Origin: Phoronis australis
Lineage: Eukaryota; Animalia; Phoronida
NCBI GenBank assembly: GCA_002633005.1
Contig: NMRA01000184.1
Location: forward strand, 189,255-253,254
Direction: 5' to 3'
DNA length: 64,000 nt
Each line of letters begins with the position of its first letter. Position 1 is the stretch's first letter. The notes below the pieces were generated by a model. The model made no database searches and was not told the origin of the DNA. It saw only the letters and a list, made by a program, of their open reading frames with translations. Position numbers and translations under genes: made by a program. This document shows, one piece after another, positions 13,353 through 26,681 of the stretch.

Positions 13353-16300
13353 AATTTGACTGTTAAAGAAGATGTTATCTAATAATTAGAAGTCTGAGTG
13401 TCTGCGCACACCAGATTAAATTGATGTGCAGAACTTAGTATTTATTGTATGTGTACTAGTACTCAGATGAGGTTGCAGAATTGTGCTGAATTTTCTGTTT
13501 GATGGTTGCTTCAATTGCCAGCTCCAACAAGATGAAAATGATTAAAAAATAATACAGGAAGCATTACATGGAGGATCAGAACACGGGGAAGCATGTTTTA
13601 ATTAGAATATATGAGATGCCATAAATTCCCAATCTATATCTCAATATCAGCAGACTTTGTCAAGTTTATCAGCGCATTATCAGTAGTATGCTATAAAAGA
13701 AGGAAATTGTCTAACTTACAGCTTTCTTTCACTCTGTAATTGGCTGGCTAAAATCCGAAAATCAAATTATCCTTTTTACTCTCATAAATTTGGTCTCGTA
13801 ATATTCCTTCTCGTGATTAAAGGATTCTGTTTCCCGAGCAACAAGAACTTCAAAACCATCAGCGACTCTAGGAAACGCTTCAGAGTTTATTGGGGTTGTT
13901 AGCAAACCCAAAAATCGCAATTTCGAAACTCAAGCTGTATACACATTGCCTGGCACTTGTGTTGTTGGCTCATGCCACAACAAGTGAAGAGTGGATAAGG
14001 GTTGTAGTGTTTTTCAACCTCAAAGTGCTTGGTCAAGATTTCACTATTGACAGCTGAAGAGCTGTGGAATGCTCCTTTAACCTTATGCTCCTGAAGATGA
14101 TTGTATTTGATCATTTTCTGCAGAATATTCTCTAAAATTTTAATTTATTAAAGCAGTAGTTGTGATGTAGGATTGGCTAAGAGGTGATGATTGACAGTTA
14201 AGACCTACTGGCTGGCATGGTGGGAATCTTATCAATTCAGACCATCTCCAAGAACCTCTGATTGTTTACTTGTTTGTATTAACTAATCCAGTTAGTTTCA
14301 GATCATATCAACATATTGCAGTCTGGTCTTCATGTTTGTTGCATGAATTTCACTTTGTAACTGTGGAAAGTTAGAGTGCCCACAGTCAGGGTTTCTGTTA
14401 CTGATAAGAATTGTTTTGATTTTCAAATCAAAACATGGAATAGTCTTGGTGAAACAGTTATTGGCACTAATTCTGTTGTAGACAGTTACATTCAGTTGTT
14501 AGCATATACACTGACCAGTCATAGATTTTCAACAACAAAAAAGTGGATGTGAATTGTACTGTAAGCTGTTTCACTGAGTCTTGGTGTAATAGGTAGGCAG
14601 ATGTACAGGATGTTCTAAATTTAGGGGCCTGTGGCAGCTGTTGAAGGAAAAATGTCAATGTAACCCTAAAAATGGCATGTTGATATCATTTAATTTATCA
14701 TGTCCATAAAAAAGAGAGCCTTACACCGCCCCCTCTCAAAATACCCGAGTATGTAATGTAAACTGAGCCGTTGGTAGTCTTTCATTCCGAAATGTCTTTT
14801 TACTGACTTTAATGTAAGCCTTATTACATCATCATCGTGTGTCTGAGTCAAAACTCACTACGGTAACTAATGATTGTAAATCATGGTTTACTGCAGAGAA
14901 ACTTGCCACCTAAATTATGCGTAACATGTTGTGTGATGGGAGTGCTGATTCCTTTAATTAGAAATTCGTAATTTCTCCGCAGAGTTTTTTTTTATTGTGG
15001 CTTTTAAGGTAATTTTTCTTTGAGATTATGAAAGTAGAGCAATTAAGGTAGTGTTCCTGCCAATTTCTGATCCATAATGATGGGTATGCCTGATTAGTAT
15101 GTGATGATAATTAATTAAATGTCACATGTCATGTGTTAAATGTATGGTCATTAAACAAGTGAGCCAGGAGCCTACAGGAAGAAGTGTGTCTCAACTTGAG
15201 TAGCTAATCACTTTAATTAGCTCGCAGTCAGCAACCTAGTGACACCATGGCTAATACAGGGTGGGAGGGACTTGTTTGTGGGGTGGGCCAGTGTGTTTTT
15301 AATTAGGCACTGTTCCTCTTTTAATTGAAATTTGTGTGCCCTACTGCTGTTGCCTTAGGTGAACACTGAAGCAAAGCACACTGCATCTCATTCCTTGATG
15401 TCCCCAGTGATGCTTCAGTTATTGGCGAGGAGCAGATTGACTGTGGATCTACCCATTGCAGTATGTGCAGAATTTTAAACTTTCACATCTGGAGAACAGT
15501 TGAAAATGACTTGCTATGTACATTAAAGGAGATACATGCTGACAATTTGTATTTGGTCTCTCTGGCAAGGAATGATATTGGTGCGGCTCACTTAAGCTTC
15601 TTACTTGGAATTAAACTTGATTAGAAGCTAAAGGTAAAGGTTAAGTATTGTTTGTGTGTTAAGTTATCTTGCACTGTAGATGATATGAACTTAGTGCTTA
15701 CCTATCTTGAGTTACTTAACTCTGTTGTGAATTTTATCAAATTGTTGTCAAGGCACATTTGGTGACCAGGAATACTGTGACGGTGAAGTCTGAAATGTGG
15801 GGTTAACGAATCTCACTGTAATTATCATTCGTAATCCACCATAAAGAAAATGAACAAAATTGCTCAAGTACACTATTTTTATGACTTACAGTTTCAGTGT
15901 ACTGACAGGACTTGTACTGTGCTGAACTCGGCACATCTGTGTAAGAAACCACTAATGGCGGGTGGATTTTTTGTTTAATTGCCATTGTGAATTGATTTTT
16001 TTGCTACCATAGTAACGATTTTGACAATACCTTCCAATTCCAAGTGGTTGTTATGTCGTTTACCATTTACCAACACTTGCAGACATGCTAGATCTTATCA
16101 ATATTGTACTTTGAAAGTTACACTGGAATGTTCACTAAAGTCACACATCAGCATTCTTGCATAGATCCTAACCATCTCACTGTTAACATGATTNGGGGGG
16201 GGGGGGGGGGAGGCTTTAATCATTGCCTACCAGTTTCAACACTTTAGGTGGACAAGAAAAGTTCAGGAAGTTGAGTGGTTTTGGCGGATGTCAATCAAGA

Positions 16301-17090
16301 ATCCTATATTTGTTTAAAATGGGCGATTGCTTCAAGCTTTTTTCAAGGTCGAAAACATTGTTTCAGATTGTGGGGGGCATTGCCACCAGGTGTCCCCACG
16401 AGTGTTGTTGTAACACTACTGGAATTGTTTCTCAAACAAATACGTCCCTGTATGGTTTCATTTTCTGTTGATATAGGTGTTCCTGATTGAGGAAATATTA
16501 CGTGCTTCAAAATGAAAGGGAAGAGTGTTTTAAATGAGATGCCTACAATTCAGGCAATTGCAGCTTGTATGCTTTTGTAACTATTTCTGTAACAATTTAC
16601 AAGTACTCTCTTCAAATGACGAGTAGCATTATTGAAATGTCTAGTTCTAATGCAAGGATATTTCATTTCAATGTGTGGGTTGTGTCTCTGTTAATTCATG
16701 TACTTACAGGCTTTTGTGAATATATGGAAGAGCCATTAATAACTGTTCCTATATGCTATAATTTTCTATTTATGTTGATAGCATATGGCTGTATAATTAC
16801 CTTAGGACAATCGTGTTTGATGGGTTTGCTACTGAAATGAGAGTTAGCGAAAGGAACCTTGTGTGCGATGTAAAATGTCTAATTCAGGTACTTTTGTATT
16901 TCCTGTGTTACTGTTCTGGTCATAGTGTATACAATTGAAATTTTAAGATATGGCTACATTTTGTGTAAATGTAGTATAGGCACTTGTGAAAATCTTCACC
17001 TTGTTTGTTGGTTATTATTTCAAGTGCCTGTCATCTTTTTTCCATAGAGGTAAAGGGGTGTACTTTGGCTGATAAGCTTTCAATGTTTAA

Positions 17091-17579
17091 AGGGCCTTTC
17101 ATACTAATGTCGACGCGTCGATGGTTTGGGGATTTGCAAACGCTTAACTCCGGTCCTGGATCACAGTTAACAGCTCCAGTTAACATCGCAATTAACAGGT
17201 GGATTTAAGACGCAGCGTCGACGTTGTGGTGCAGTATGAACGCTTAACTCCGGTCCAATCGAAGTTATCGCCAGGTGCCACTGTTATCCTCAACAGTTAC
17301 AGAGTAGTGCCGTCACTAATAACTACTTATTTTTTGCTCTAATGATAACCAATCGATTTAAAAATGAGTTTAATGTCATTTAGCACATTTAAATGCTCCC
17401 AAATTGTCCCATTGAAAAAATCTTAGCGTGCAGCGCTACCTTGTGATGACTTCGATGACGTCAGCGTCACCAACCCTTTACTACGATGGTCATTAACTAC
17501 CGAAATCAGTATGAACGGTCCAGTTAACTGCACTGTTTACGTCGACGCTCCGTTCAGTTAAGTCAATATGAAATTGCCT
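17091..17579. mobile_element. PIF/Harbinger-like MITE, 489 bp, TAA TSD
   Basis: TAA|agggcctttcatact ... aatatgaaattgcct|TAA; internal repeats aacgcttaactccggtcc (x2), cagtatgaacg (x2) and cgtcgacg. Confidence 0.75.
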
Positions 17580-18099
17580 TAAGTTGTAACCACCAAAGTG
17601 CTTTGGGTTTAAAAACTTTTAACAGGCTCATCATATCTTGAACTGTTATCATATGAGCCAGCAACTCAAATAACAGGTAATGTGTATATTCACCATTCTC
17701 AAATTCACAATTCTAGGATTCACCAACCTCAATAAATTCTGAAGCATTCTCTTAAGTTGCTGATGGTTTTAATGTTGCTCTTTGCAATGGAAATAGAATC
17801 CAATTACAGTAAAGACTACTATGAGAGTAAGAGACAACAATTTTCGTTGTTCAGCCTGTGAAATGTAGCTTAAGGAATTGTATTGCCTGATAATTGACCT
17901 AAAAGAAGCTCTGGTGCCTGTACAACATTGGAGAAGGATCACCAACTAGCATTAATGGACAGAATTGTAGGTGATTTGGCTTTAGCAGACAGTTGTAGTG
18001 CCAACTGATCAGTTCTATTTGCCAGAATTAATCACTTGATTGATAATAATCACCATATTCATCTTAGTACCAGCACTAGGTCTGGCAGAATGATAAAGA

Positions 18100-18107
18100 G
18101 CTCTCTC

Positions 18108-18138
<31 letters not shown>
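18100..18138. repeat. (CT)n microsatellite
   Basis: About 19 CT units with one interruption. Confidence 0.95.
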
Positions 18139-18669
18139 GCATGTCTGTGGTGTACTTGGGGTGATGATGTTCGGTTTGTTCCAAGAATTTATGTGAGTAC
18201 ATTGTTGGGAATGGTTTGTGATCCATCACTCATAGATTTACACTTATGTTAGCTTTGTTTTTTACTAATTAGTATTTGGCCGTTACTGTAACATATTTTT
18301 GCAGAAAGTATTTGTTTATGTTAGTTTTATATTTCATATCACTTGACACTTCTAGTAGGTTTGTTAAACAACTTTCATGGCCTCTTAGAAGTTGTTTTGC
18401 ATGGAAAGTTCGGTGCCTTCTGTCATATCTACATACAGTGTCCCTTAAAATTTACATTAGCTTTCAGTTGTGTACCCATTTAAAATGTTTTGGATGGAAA
18501 TGTCCAGAACAAGCTGTTATTTGACCATCAGGCTGTAAACCTGATCAGCCTTGCCTTGAGAGGTGTTTATTTTATCCACCTAAGATATCCTGCTAGTGCC
18601 ATCATGGCAGTGGTGCATAGTGGGGTTTAGGGTGGTGGCAGTAGGTAACTGTTCTGTTGGTGCCACTGA

Positions 18670-18710
18670 TGGTGTTGTTGTTGGTGGTGGTGGCAGTGGT
18701 GGTGGTGGTG
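18670..18710. repeat. (GGT/GTT)n degenerate trinucleotide repeat
   Basis: Seen directly in the sequence. Confidence 0.8.
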
Positions 18711-20230
18711 TCTTGGTAACAGCTGCAATAGCTGGAACACCTACAGTGTGAGTCTTAACTGTTTGAGTACAACCTCTGGTATTGTATCAAAATGCCAAAG
18801 CTTCAAAAGAATAATTATGCCTCTGGTGGTGATGGAAGCCACACTGTTGGCTAGAATAGAGCTGGTGTTCTTGGTAATCGGTACTGAGTATTTTGTTAAG
18901 ATTTTATAGATTTGTCTTCTTTTCCTTGTATTGTTTACTTGATGTGGCTGCCAGTGAAGACAAACTACCCAGTGTTCACTAGAGCTTTTTGATTCAAAAT
19001 CTCTGGTTGTACTTGTATTAGTGATGGTCTATGCCAGTGTGATGACTTAGTTGTCTTCAAGGGGATGAGGGATTTAGTCTTCTCCCATGGAGGGCACCCA
19101 TCAGAAACCTTTGCTATCCATCAAAATTTATTGTTAAAATACGACTTTAAGATCTGAGCATGTTGCCAATGGGAATGATTTTGATCCTGTGGGGCTATTT
19201 TTATGAATTTCGTTTAATCAGTGTGGGGAAACGATGTTTTGCAAAACTTTGATTACTCTTTTGAGTTGTAACAGTGACATAATAAACTTCTTCATGCAAA
19301 ATCCAAAAAATATGGAAGAAAATAACATCACATCTGAATGGTAGATGAAACGTCATTTTAGAAACTCTGTTGATTCTTGTTATTTCGGAAGGCAAAAATG
19401 GTCAGGCCTGAGTCATGAACCTAAGATGGGGCCCAAATTATAGAAGGTTGTCTTTATTTGGGTCCAGTTTTGGGAATTTTATACGCAATGAACTAGTGGG
19501 ATTTTGTGTTCCCTGACACATTGCTTTTTCAAAATCACCTATGGCTACCAAAGTTTCTAGTGGGTGCATACCACTTATGGAATTTTTCTTCTAAATGTTT
19601 TCTTGTCTTTCAGAAGCCTATTTTCATGTTTTCACTGTGAGTATTCCTCTATGTACCTTGTGTGCACAGCCAGCTGGTTATAGGGTCATCACTCACAATA
19701 GCCATTTTATGATGTAGCACCAACCATTTGAAGTATTGTAAACATTCTCCAGTTTTTGACAATCTCTAAAATTTTGGGACACCAAAGTTCAAGTCAAATT
19801 TATGTTATCTTTATTCTGAAGATTGGGACATGATCGATTTTGGTGTTCAACATATTTCTCAGATATTGAAGAATGTGTTGTATTGATTAGCAGAGTTTGA
19901 AAATTGATTTGCAGATTCAAAAATCATCGAAAATGTGTTGATGCATCCGTATGGTGCTAAACGGAAGGGTGAATAACTAATATTCATTGTTGATCATAAT
20001 TCTTGAATTCGGGAAAATTTGTTACACTAGTTCCTACCTTGAGCAAAATAATTAATTCTCACTGCCCAAACTGGAGAATGTTTATGGTAAGCTGTATGGC
20101 AGTTTTTGTTGGATGAAGGTTCAGACTCACCTGCAGCCCATGTTATGTAGATAGAAGTTAAGGGCAGTGGGATTCTATTGTGTGTTTTTGTAATTGTAAC
20201 CATGTGCCACTCTTATGCAGCAGGATGTTT

Positions 20231-20294
20231 ACATAACTTACACTAAAAAGTCAACACCATGAACATAACTTACACTAAAAAGTCAGCACCATGA
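20231..20294. repeat. 32-bp tandem duplication with one mismatch
   Basis: acataacttacactaaaaagtca(a/g)caccatga occurs twice. Confidence 0.92.
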
Positions 20295-20934
20295 AATAAA
20301 TATCCGTTGATGATTGAAAGAACATTTCATCTTTGGCATCTCATGAAGGATTTTAGGTGGGGATAATTTTTTACACTGACACTGTGTTTAGCATAGATAT
20401 CTCATTTATCTTACATCTGTGTGGTAATATCCTTGCAGTTTGCCTGGCTAATGGTTATGAACTACACAGGTGTCCCTGACAACCTTTGATGACAGGCATC
20501 CTGTGATTGATTACTCTATTCCCTGGTCATGATGTGTTCTGATGTTCCCATATTGGAACTGTCTGTCACTGGTGGATTTAAGCCAGGTCCAGTACAATCC
20601 CGGGATTATGAAGGCTTCGTTAGCTAGCTCATTGGATAGAACTTACTCTGTTGTAGGTATCTAAAAGAATGTGTCCTTTGATTTGTGTATTAATTAAAAC
20701 TGTTACTCTGATTATACTAGTGCTATTTTGGCTTTTTGCACATGGTATAGAGGTGCTCCATAGAGGTACATATTGTCATTAGAAACTTTCAAACTATACA
20801 ATACAGCTAGTATGTAAAAGTATACATTTTATAAAAACTGAAGGACAATAGAATTTGTTTTTGACTTAATACAAATCTACCGCAATTGTGCCACATTAAG
20901 CCATACCTTTGTATTGAAATTTATCAACAACGAA

Positions 20935-21062
20935 ATTTCGACTCATAGCAAAACTTTACTGCACCAATCATGTGACCAAATTCAATTTGGCATAAATTTT
21001 CAAAATGAAATCTCAAAAATGCTGTTACTGTTACCTGAATGATTTTTTTGTTTTCGTTTTAC
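20935..21062 (+). repeat. Dispersed repeat fragment (related copies at about 8440-8535 and 31725-31842)
   Basis: Shared tcatagcaaaac...tgaccaaatt...atgaaatctcaaaaa(t/c)gctgtt blocks. Confidence 0.7.
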
Positions 21063-22407
21063 TAAACTTTTGCATTTTTTCATAAAAATCCTGAAAGTCC
21101 CAATTTTTGATACCCCCTCGTCCCTATGGGGATCACTTAAAAAGCAGTTCCTAACAGCGTTTTGAAGAATACTGCATGAAGTATGGTTTATCATGAGACG
21201 ACTCTTACGCTAACACGAGCCTCAGCCAGACTGTGACTAACCCACCCTAATCAATTCACTAATTGCTCAGCCATGATGGTGAAGGAAACCTATTGGTTAA
21301 TTTCTCTTATAATGCATCAATTGTAAAAATTCAAAGAGGGCTAATGTTTGCCTTACTTATTGTTTGTTTCTTTATTTGACAAGCTCATACGCTAAACAGG
21401 CGCGTTGGTTTACAATTGTTATTATCTGTTGCAATACATGATCAGCCAAGGCGTCATCAAGACTTTGATGTGCGGAGGAATCCGCTGGATACCCTGGGGT
21501 AAACGGTGCATGCTTTCTTGTTCATTTGTTGCAAGTCCTGTTAGCGTAAGATTTACCTTAAAGTGAAACTTTCATTTGAGTCTTATCTGCCATTTCTGAG
21601 ATATGATTCTCCAAAGTTAGCCAAATTTGGACATTTTTTCTGAGATCTTGCATAACCTGTTCAGGTATTATGAGTTCAAATTCAATTCTATTTTTACTAA
21701 TTCGTGTTAAGACATTTTTATCCATAATTTCAACTATGAAGTTAATATCCCAAAACGAGGGTTTACTCGCACTGAAGGTGGCTTGCAAACTTTCAAGGAA
21801 GATATATGCTCTAGTAAGTTAGAAAATTAAGGTACAATTATCAGTCTTCTAGTTTTACAAGGCATCAGTTTGCTTTGTTGCTCATTGGTTAGAGGCAGGT
21901 CTGCAGATTTGTGATGAAATGGAAATTACAGCTAGTTTCGAAACTGAGAATTAGTAAATGTCAGTAAACTTTGAAGTTGAAACATGATTAGCGCAGGAGA
22001 TGTCAAAGTTGAGAGGCTACCAGTTGTGATAAGTGGATAACTTAATTTTTTTATAGCGGATATCTGAGTCAAGTAATGGGTGTTGGTCACTAAAATCTTA
22101 CTATACCGGAACATGACTTCTTAATTCCGCCTATCCTGTGACATCATCTTGAGGAACAAGCCCTGTTGAATGCTGTCACTCGTTGGAAAATGTTGGATGT
22201 GATAAACGCTAAGTGGTGCAAAGTCAGATGCTGTTGTTCAATGAGAGATTTTGAATAAACAGGACGAATTTGCTATGGAGATGATGCAGTGCTGTACACT
22301 TCCACTGGTGTTGTCTCTGATTTTGATTGTGACCCTGCACCTGGCTACCACAGCGAAACTAGACAGGTTTACCTGGATAAACAATGTGTGTCTCTCTGTT
22401 AATGTAG

Positions 22408-22554
22408 ACGAGTTTCGGCACAAAATTGCCTGCGAAGGAGACCGACTTCATCTCAGGTGTGTAAAAGGCATGCGCCTGGCCATATACTCGGCGGCTTTTG
22501 GCCGCACCCCTGGGGAAAGTACAGAATGTCCTGGCTATCCCAGTGTTGTTGCAG
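22408..22554 (+). CDS. EVA1C: EVA1C-like exon: N-terminal half of SUEL domain 2 (EFRHKIACEGDRLHLRC...IYSAAFGR...EC)
   Basis: atgtag acceptor and g|gtaaga donor; 147 nt, phase 1-1; CEG..L.C..IYSA.FGR SUEL signature. Confidence 0.92.
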
Positions 22555-22801
22555 GTAAGAAATTAAATCATTCTTTGTATGTTTTGAAATGGTTTAACTA
22601 AATGAGCAATTTTTATAATGACTGCTGCATTTCTAAGTTCAGTGTTTTTTAAGAAGGCACACTATATTAGTTAGCCTGTAGCTTTACTTTTGTCTATGCA
22701 CTTTTCAGTAACAACATGTAAAACTCTTCAATCATTTCATATTGTCCATGTAATTTTGATTTCATTTTGAGGTGTACTGGTAAGGTGTCAATGCATAAAC
22801 A

Positions 22802-23007
22802 TACCGTAAACTTGCAGGCTCACGCCATTGCCCGGGTAATGGCCCACCCCTACTTATGTCAAATTTCCATGTAAGCGCCCACTGTTCTGGTAATCGCCCA
22901 TCCTCGATTTTTGCCAATTTTTGGCTTCTGCTTGGGTAATTGCCCACCCCCCTGTCTCAGGGTTTCCCAATTTAAGCACCCAGGCTTTAACCCGCGAGTT
23001 TCCGGAA
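22802..23007 (-). mobile_element. Tc1/mariner (pogo/Tigger-like) MITE, old short relative of the element at 27091
   Basis: taccgtaaacttgcagg / cccgcgagtttccggaa ends; carries the same GGGCG..TA-type subterminal repeats in opposite orientation. Confidence 0.7.
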
Positions 23008-23821
23008 AATTGGCCGGAACTATTCGAGTTGATCACTCATATTTGTAGTGTCTCAGTTTGTTAACCTTTGGGTGTTTTCAGTGGAAGATTTTGCTGAGAT
23101 TTTTTACAGTAATTTCCTTTGTTGAAATGCCACCACAGACAACAGACTCAAATTTCAGTGGGGAAAAAATTAACATTGACTTGAAGTGGAGCACAATTAA
23201 TTTAAAAAAAAACTACAGACACACAAATCAGTGATGAGAAAATATTAACTTTTATCGGAGTGTAATATAATTCCACTAAACGACAAACCCAAAAATCTGT
23301 GTAAGAAAAGAACAGTGACTTCTGGGTGCAGCACGAATCTTGGTAAGGAAAAAATGCTATTCGTATCAAGCAGGCACAATCCAACCACCTCAAACATCAG
23401 GTTCAACTAGAAATGGTTTGTCTGTACTTGAACTGCTTGTAATGACCGATCAATTATACTGAGAATTGTGGCTTGTCCCTGTCTGACTTATGTGATAACC
23501 CGAAACTGGCATACTGACATTCAAGTTTTTTTAGAAAAGATCATGTGTGTCACTATGTTGTAGGTTGTTTTTCCCAAAGAGAAAACCTATTTAATCCACT
23601 GGCATAGAAAAAGAGGCTATTGGCAGTTAACATTCAAATGAAATGTGAATGTCTTAATTATCTTAATGACATTCGTAGATATTAAATACCATGTCAAATA
23701 TGTCTAATATAATAATTCTTTATTGTAGTTTTAGTTAAGCTCAAATATTATACAGGTTAGACCAAATCTACTGATGTTTTCACTTGGGTTCTGTTCAACA
23801 CTGACAATGCAAGCGCGCATG

Positions 23822-24078
23822 CATGCGCGCACCCAGGGGGGAGGCTTGAGTGAGCCTCCCCCACCCATTTGGCAAAGTGAACAAAATGGTCCATCTCAGG
23901 GAAATAAAAATTCTGAAAAACAGTAGGAAATGAGACAAAAGTCCAGTAAGGCAGGAACTACCAAAATTTGGCGAATGCACAATTCATAGCTCTGAACGTA
24001 CCCTGTGAATCTTAGTAAAAATCCCACATTCTCAAAAATTCAAGCCCCCCCCCATTTCTTAGGCTGGTTGCACACATG
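23822..24078. mobile_element. hAT-like MITE remnant
   Basis: TIR catgcgcgcacccag / ctggttgcacacatg with G-run and C-run subtermini; no clear TSD; perfect 18-bp palindrome gcgcgcatgcatgcgcgc at 23813-23830. Confidence 0.55.
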
Positions 24079-24273
24079 CATTGGCTTTCTTTCTCAATAA
24101 ATTGAATGTGCACCAAGTCAGATAATACTACATTCTTGTCTCCTCATGCACTGCTTGTACATATATATGAAAATACAAGTATTTGCATTTTAATGGAAAA
24201 CCCCTATTGTTCATTGTTCTTGTTTTGAAAACATGGTGAAAACTGTATGTTCGCTGGCATTGTCAATTGAGTC

Positions 24274-25098
24274 TGAAAGCTATGGACAGCCAAAAGAGGA
24301 AAAATTCGAAACTTTTATTTCGCTATGCAGAAATTGAAATAATAGTGAAAATAATTTTCAGATCTCAGAAATATAAGAAACTCACTGGTATTTTCTTTCT
24401 CACTCCAGAAATTGCTTCATACAAAAAAATAACAAAAAGTATTACTTACAACAAGAAATTGTGCAGAAAAACAATTTAACGTACCATAGCAAATGTGACT
24501 GCGGCTGAACAAAAAACCCATTGCAGAAATTATTTTCACATGCCAGAAAGTTTAATCACTCAGGAGCATGTGACCACGATAATGATGATTTCGTGCATTT
24601 GAAGCAAGATGGCTGAGCCAGATGGCGAACAATAGAGTTGCGATCTGAGAGATCTATTGTCTATAATAGACAATCATCTACATTTTAACAGAACACACAC
24701 ACAGAGGTTTGTAGTTGTTGGCGAAACCATCGCTCTACACTAAGCCCTTGCGTACCTGGTAATGACATCATAACGTTGAGATGACATCATGACATCGAGG
24801 TGTCACGTGCTCCTGGATGGTCACAGAATGGTGACACGGGCTCCTGGCATGGTTAAATTTTTGTTGGCATATAATTTGGTCCTGCCTTGATATGAAATAT
24901 TTGTGATAGTTAATTATGAATTTATGAGTATAAAAGTCTTGGTATATGTTTTGGTCTTAATGTGAACTGAAAATGCTGGTTTTGGCTTGTTAGTTTTTGG
25001 TCCTGCTCAGTGAAAATGATGTTTTGGACTTTAATTCAATTTTTGCGTAGCAAAAAGTGTTTTGAGTTTTTCTAATTTGGCTTTTGATAGTTACTGTA
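24274..25098. mobile_element. Old non-autonomous DNA transposon with long degenerate TIRs (about 80-90 bp)
   Basis: 24288-24360 aligns with the reverse complement of about 25012-25082; the right end reads ...ttactg|ta (TA-CAGT type). Confidence 0.6.
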
Positions 25099-25258
25099 CT
25101 CATTGTATTGTTCCTACAGTTAGTGGTTTATTAATAGGTATAATTTTTTGTGCTTGGTATTCTTGAATTAGAGAAAAAGTGGAACCTTTCCCAGAAATTT
25201 CAGCTACAAGGGAAAATGTTACAAAGCATATGCATATGCTCATATTTGTCTGTAATTC

Positions 25259-25299
25259 GTGTGTGTGTGTGTGTGNTGTGTGTGTGTGTGTGTGTGTGT
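25259..25299. repeat. (GT)n microsatellite
   Basis: About 20 units with one N. Confidence 0.95.
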
Positions 25300-26681
25300 G
25301 GCTCTAAATAAACAAAGCCTGTTTGTGTAGAACAAGTCTGGCGTTGCAGTCACAGTTTGGGTTTGTTGATGTTGAGAATGAGCAGGGCCAGGCCAAGTGT
25401 GTCTAGCTAATTGTGATTACCTCCAAACATGTTTACATAATCCATTGTAACATTAGGTTCTAATTAACTTCCTTAGTCAGACCCTAGTGTTCCTGGTTGA
25501 CTTCTGAAGAGGGTCATAGGTCACCACAGCCTGGCACATGATTGTTGTCTATGTGGTTCCACTCTTTAGCAGCACATGCTAAAAAAATAACCAAGTCTTT
25601 TCATAATGCAAGGAAGCAGCAAGCCCAAGGTCTGACTCACAATACATGTTTGTGTAAAAAGTATTAAGTTGGCTGCAGGCCTACTTTCATACCAGCCGCA
25701 TTAAACATATGACTATGATCATTGCAGATTAATTGTCAAATTTTTAATAGTCTGTCTACCATCTGGAGTCACATGTAGCAAAAGTTGTGTGGAAGATGTC
25801 TGATTCTAGGTGACAGAAATGCAACTGTATGAAAAATTGGCAATGAAACTACAAAAATCGAATTCAAGTTGCGTGCTTATGAGTGAGACTTACGTAAAAT
25901 GCTAATTTTTTCAGATAAATAATTCTTTGTCAAGTGGAATAAATTAAGGGTGCCCTTTCTATTTCATTTTTCTTAAAGTTTCATAAAACACATTTTAATG
26001 AAGCCAGTCAAGTCAAAAGTGGTGATTTGTAGTCAGCACTTTTTATGACCGTACTGTCTCCTTACTAAGGTACAGCACTCTTTTGTTTGTGACACACAAA
26101 ACTAACGGATTCGTTGTAGTCATCCCTGCGTTTGCCTCTTGAAACAGCACATTTCAACAGGAGAGAACTAACAATAAGCGCTTGAACCAACATAGCCAAC
26201 AATGTATTATTTGCAACGCTATATACTATATAGGGTCCATGGGAAACCAAACACTTAAAAAGTGAACACTGCATATCTTTTGCTAGCAGTAAAATTGCAT
26301 GAACAGCTACAAGTGTCATTTTTGCTGATACTTTGCTGGCGGTTTGAGCTGCCTCAAACCTGCTGGCATTTTTTCGCTGGCACTGTTGTAGCCAGACCAC
26401 TTATTTCAAAGGACACACATGTGTAGGGGTAAGATTTGTTTATCGTCATATCAATCAATTTTTGATAGAGAGTGAAAATGTTTTTTGGCTTTAAAGCAAT
26501 CCAAGTGGTGAGGAAAAAAACAAATTCAATTAGTACTGCTTGCAAAAATGACCCTTGACATGCAGCTTATCTGTTTGGCTACAATGGTACCATTTCCTCT
26601 AGCATTTTAGCCAAGAAAACTGCTGGCATTTTTGCCACTCATGTGAACCCAGTGTACCATGCTTGTTTTCTTTCTTTTCAG

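Noticed and set aside
16194-16210. Poly-G tracts here and at 51052-51079 as G-quadruplex elements
   Set aside because: Both contain or abut an N, so the lengths are unreliable; they are probably MITE remnants or assembly joins.
5991-22250. Nested protein-coding gene in the 16.4-kb intron
   Set aside because: Only short ORFs with intron-like composition were seen, with no domain motifs or consistent exon chain.
26290-26655. Repeated (T)GCTGGCA motifs ending in atgtgaacccag, like a Harbinger MITE right end
   Set aside because: No matching left TIR was found, so it cannot be delimited.
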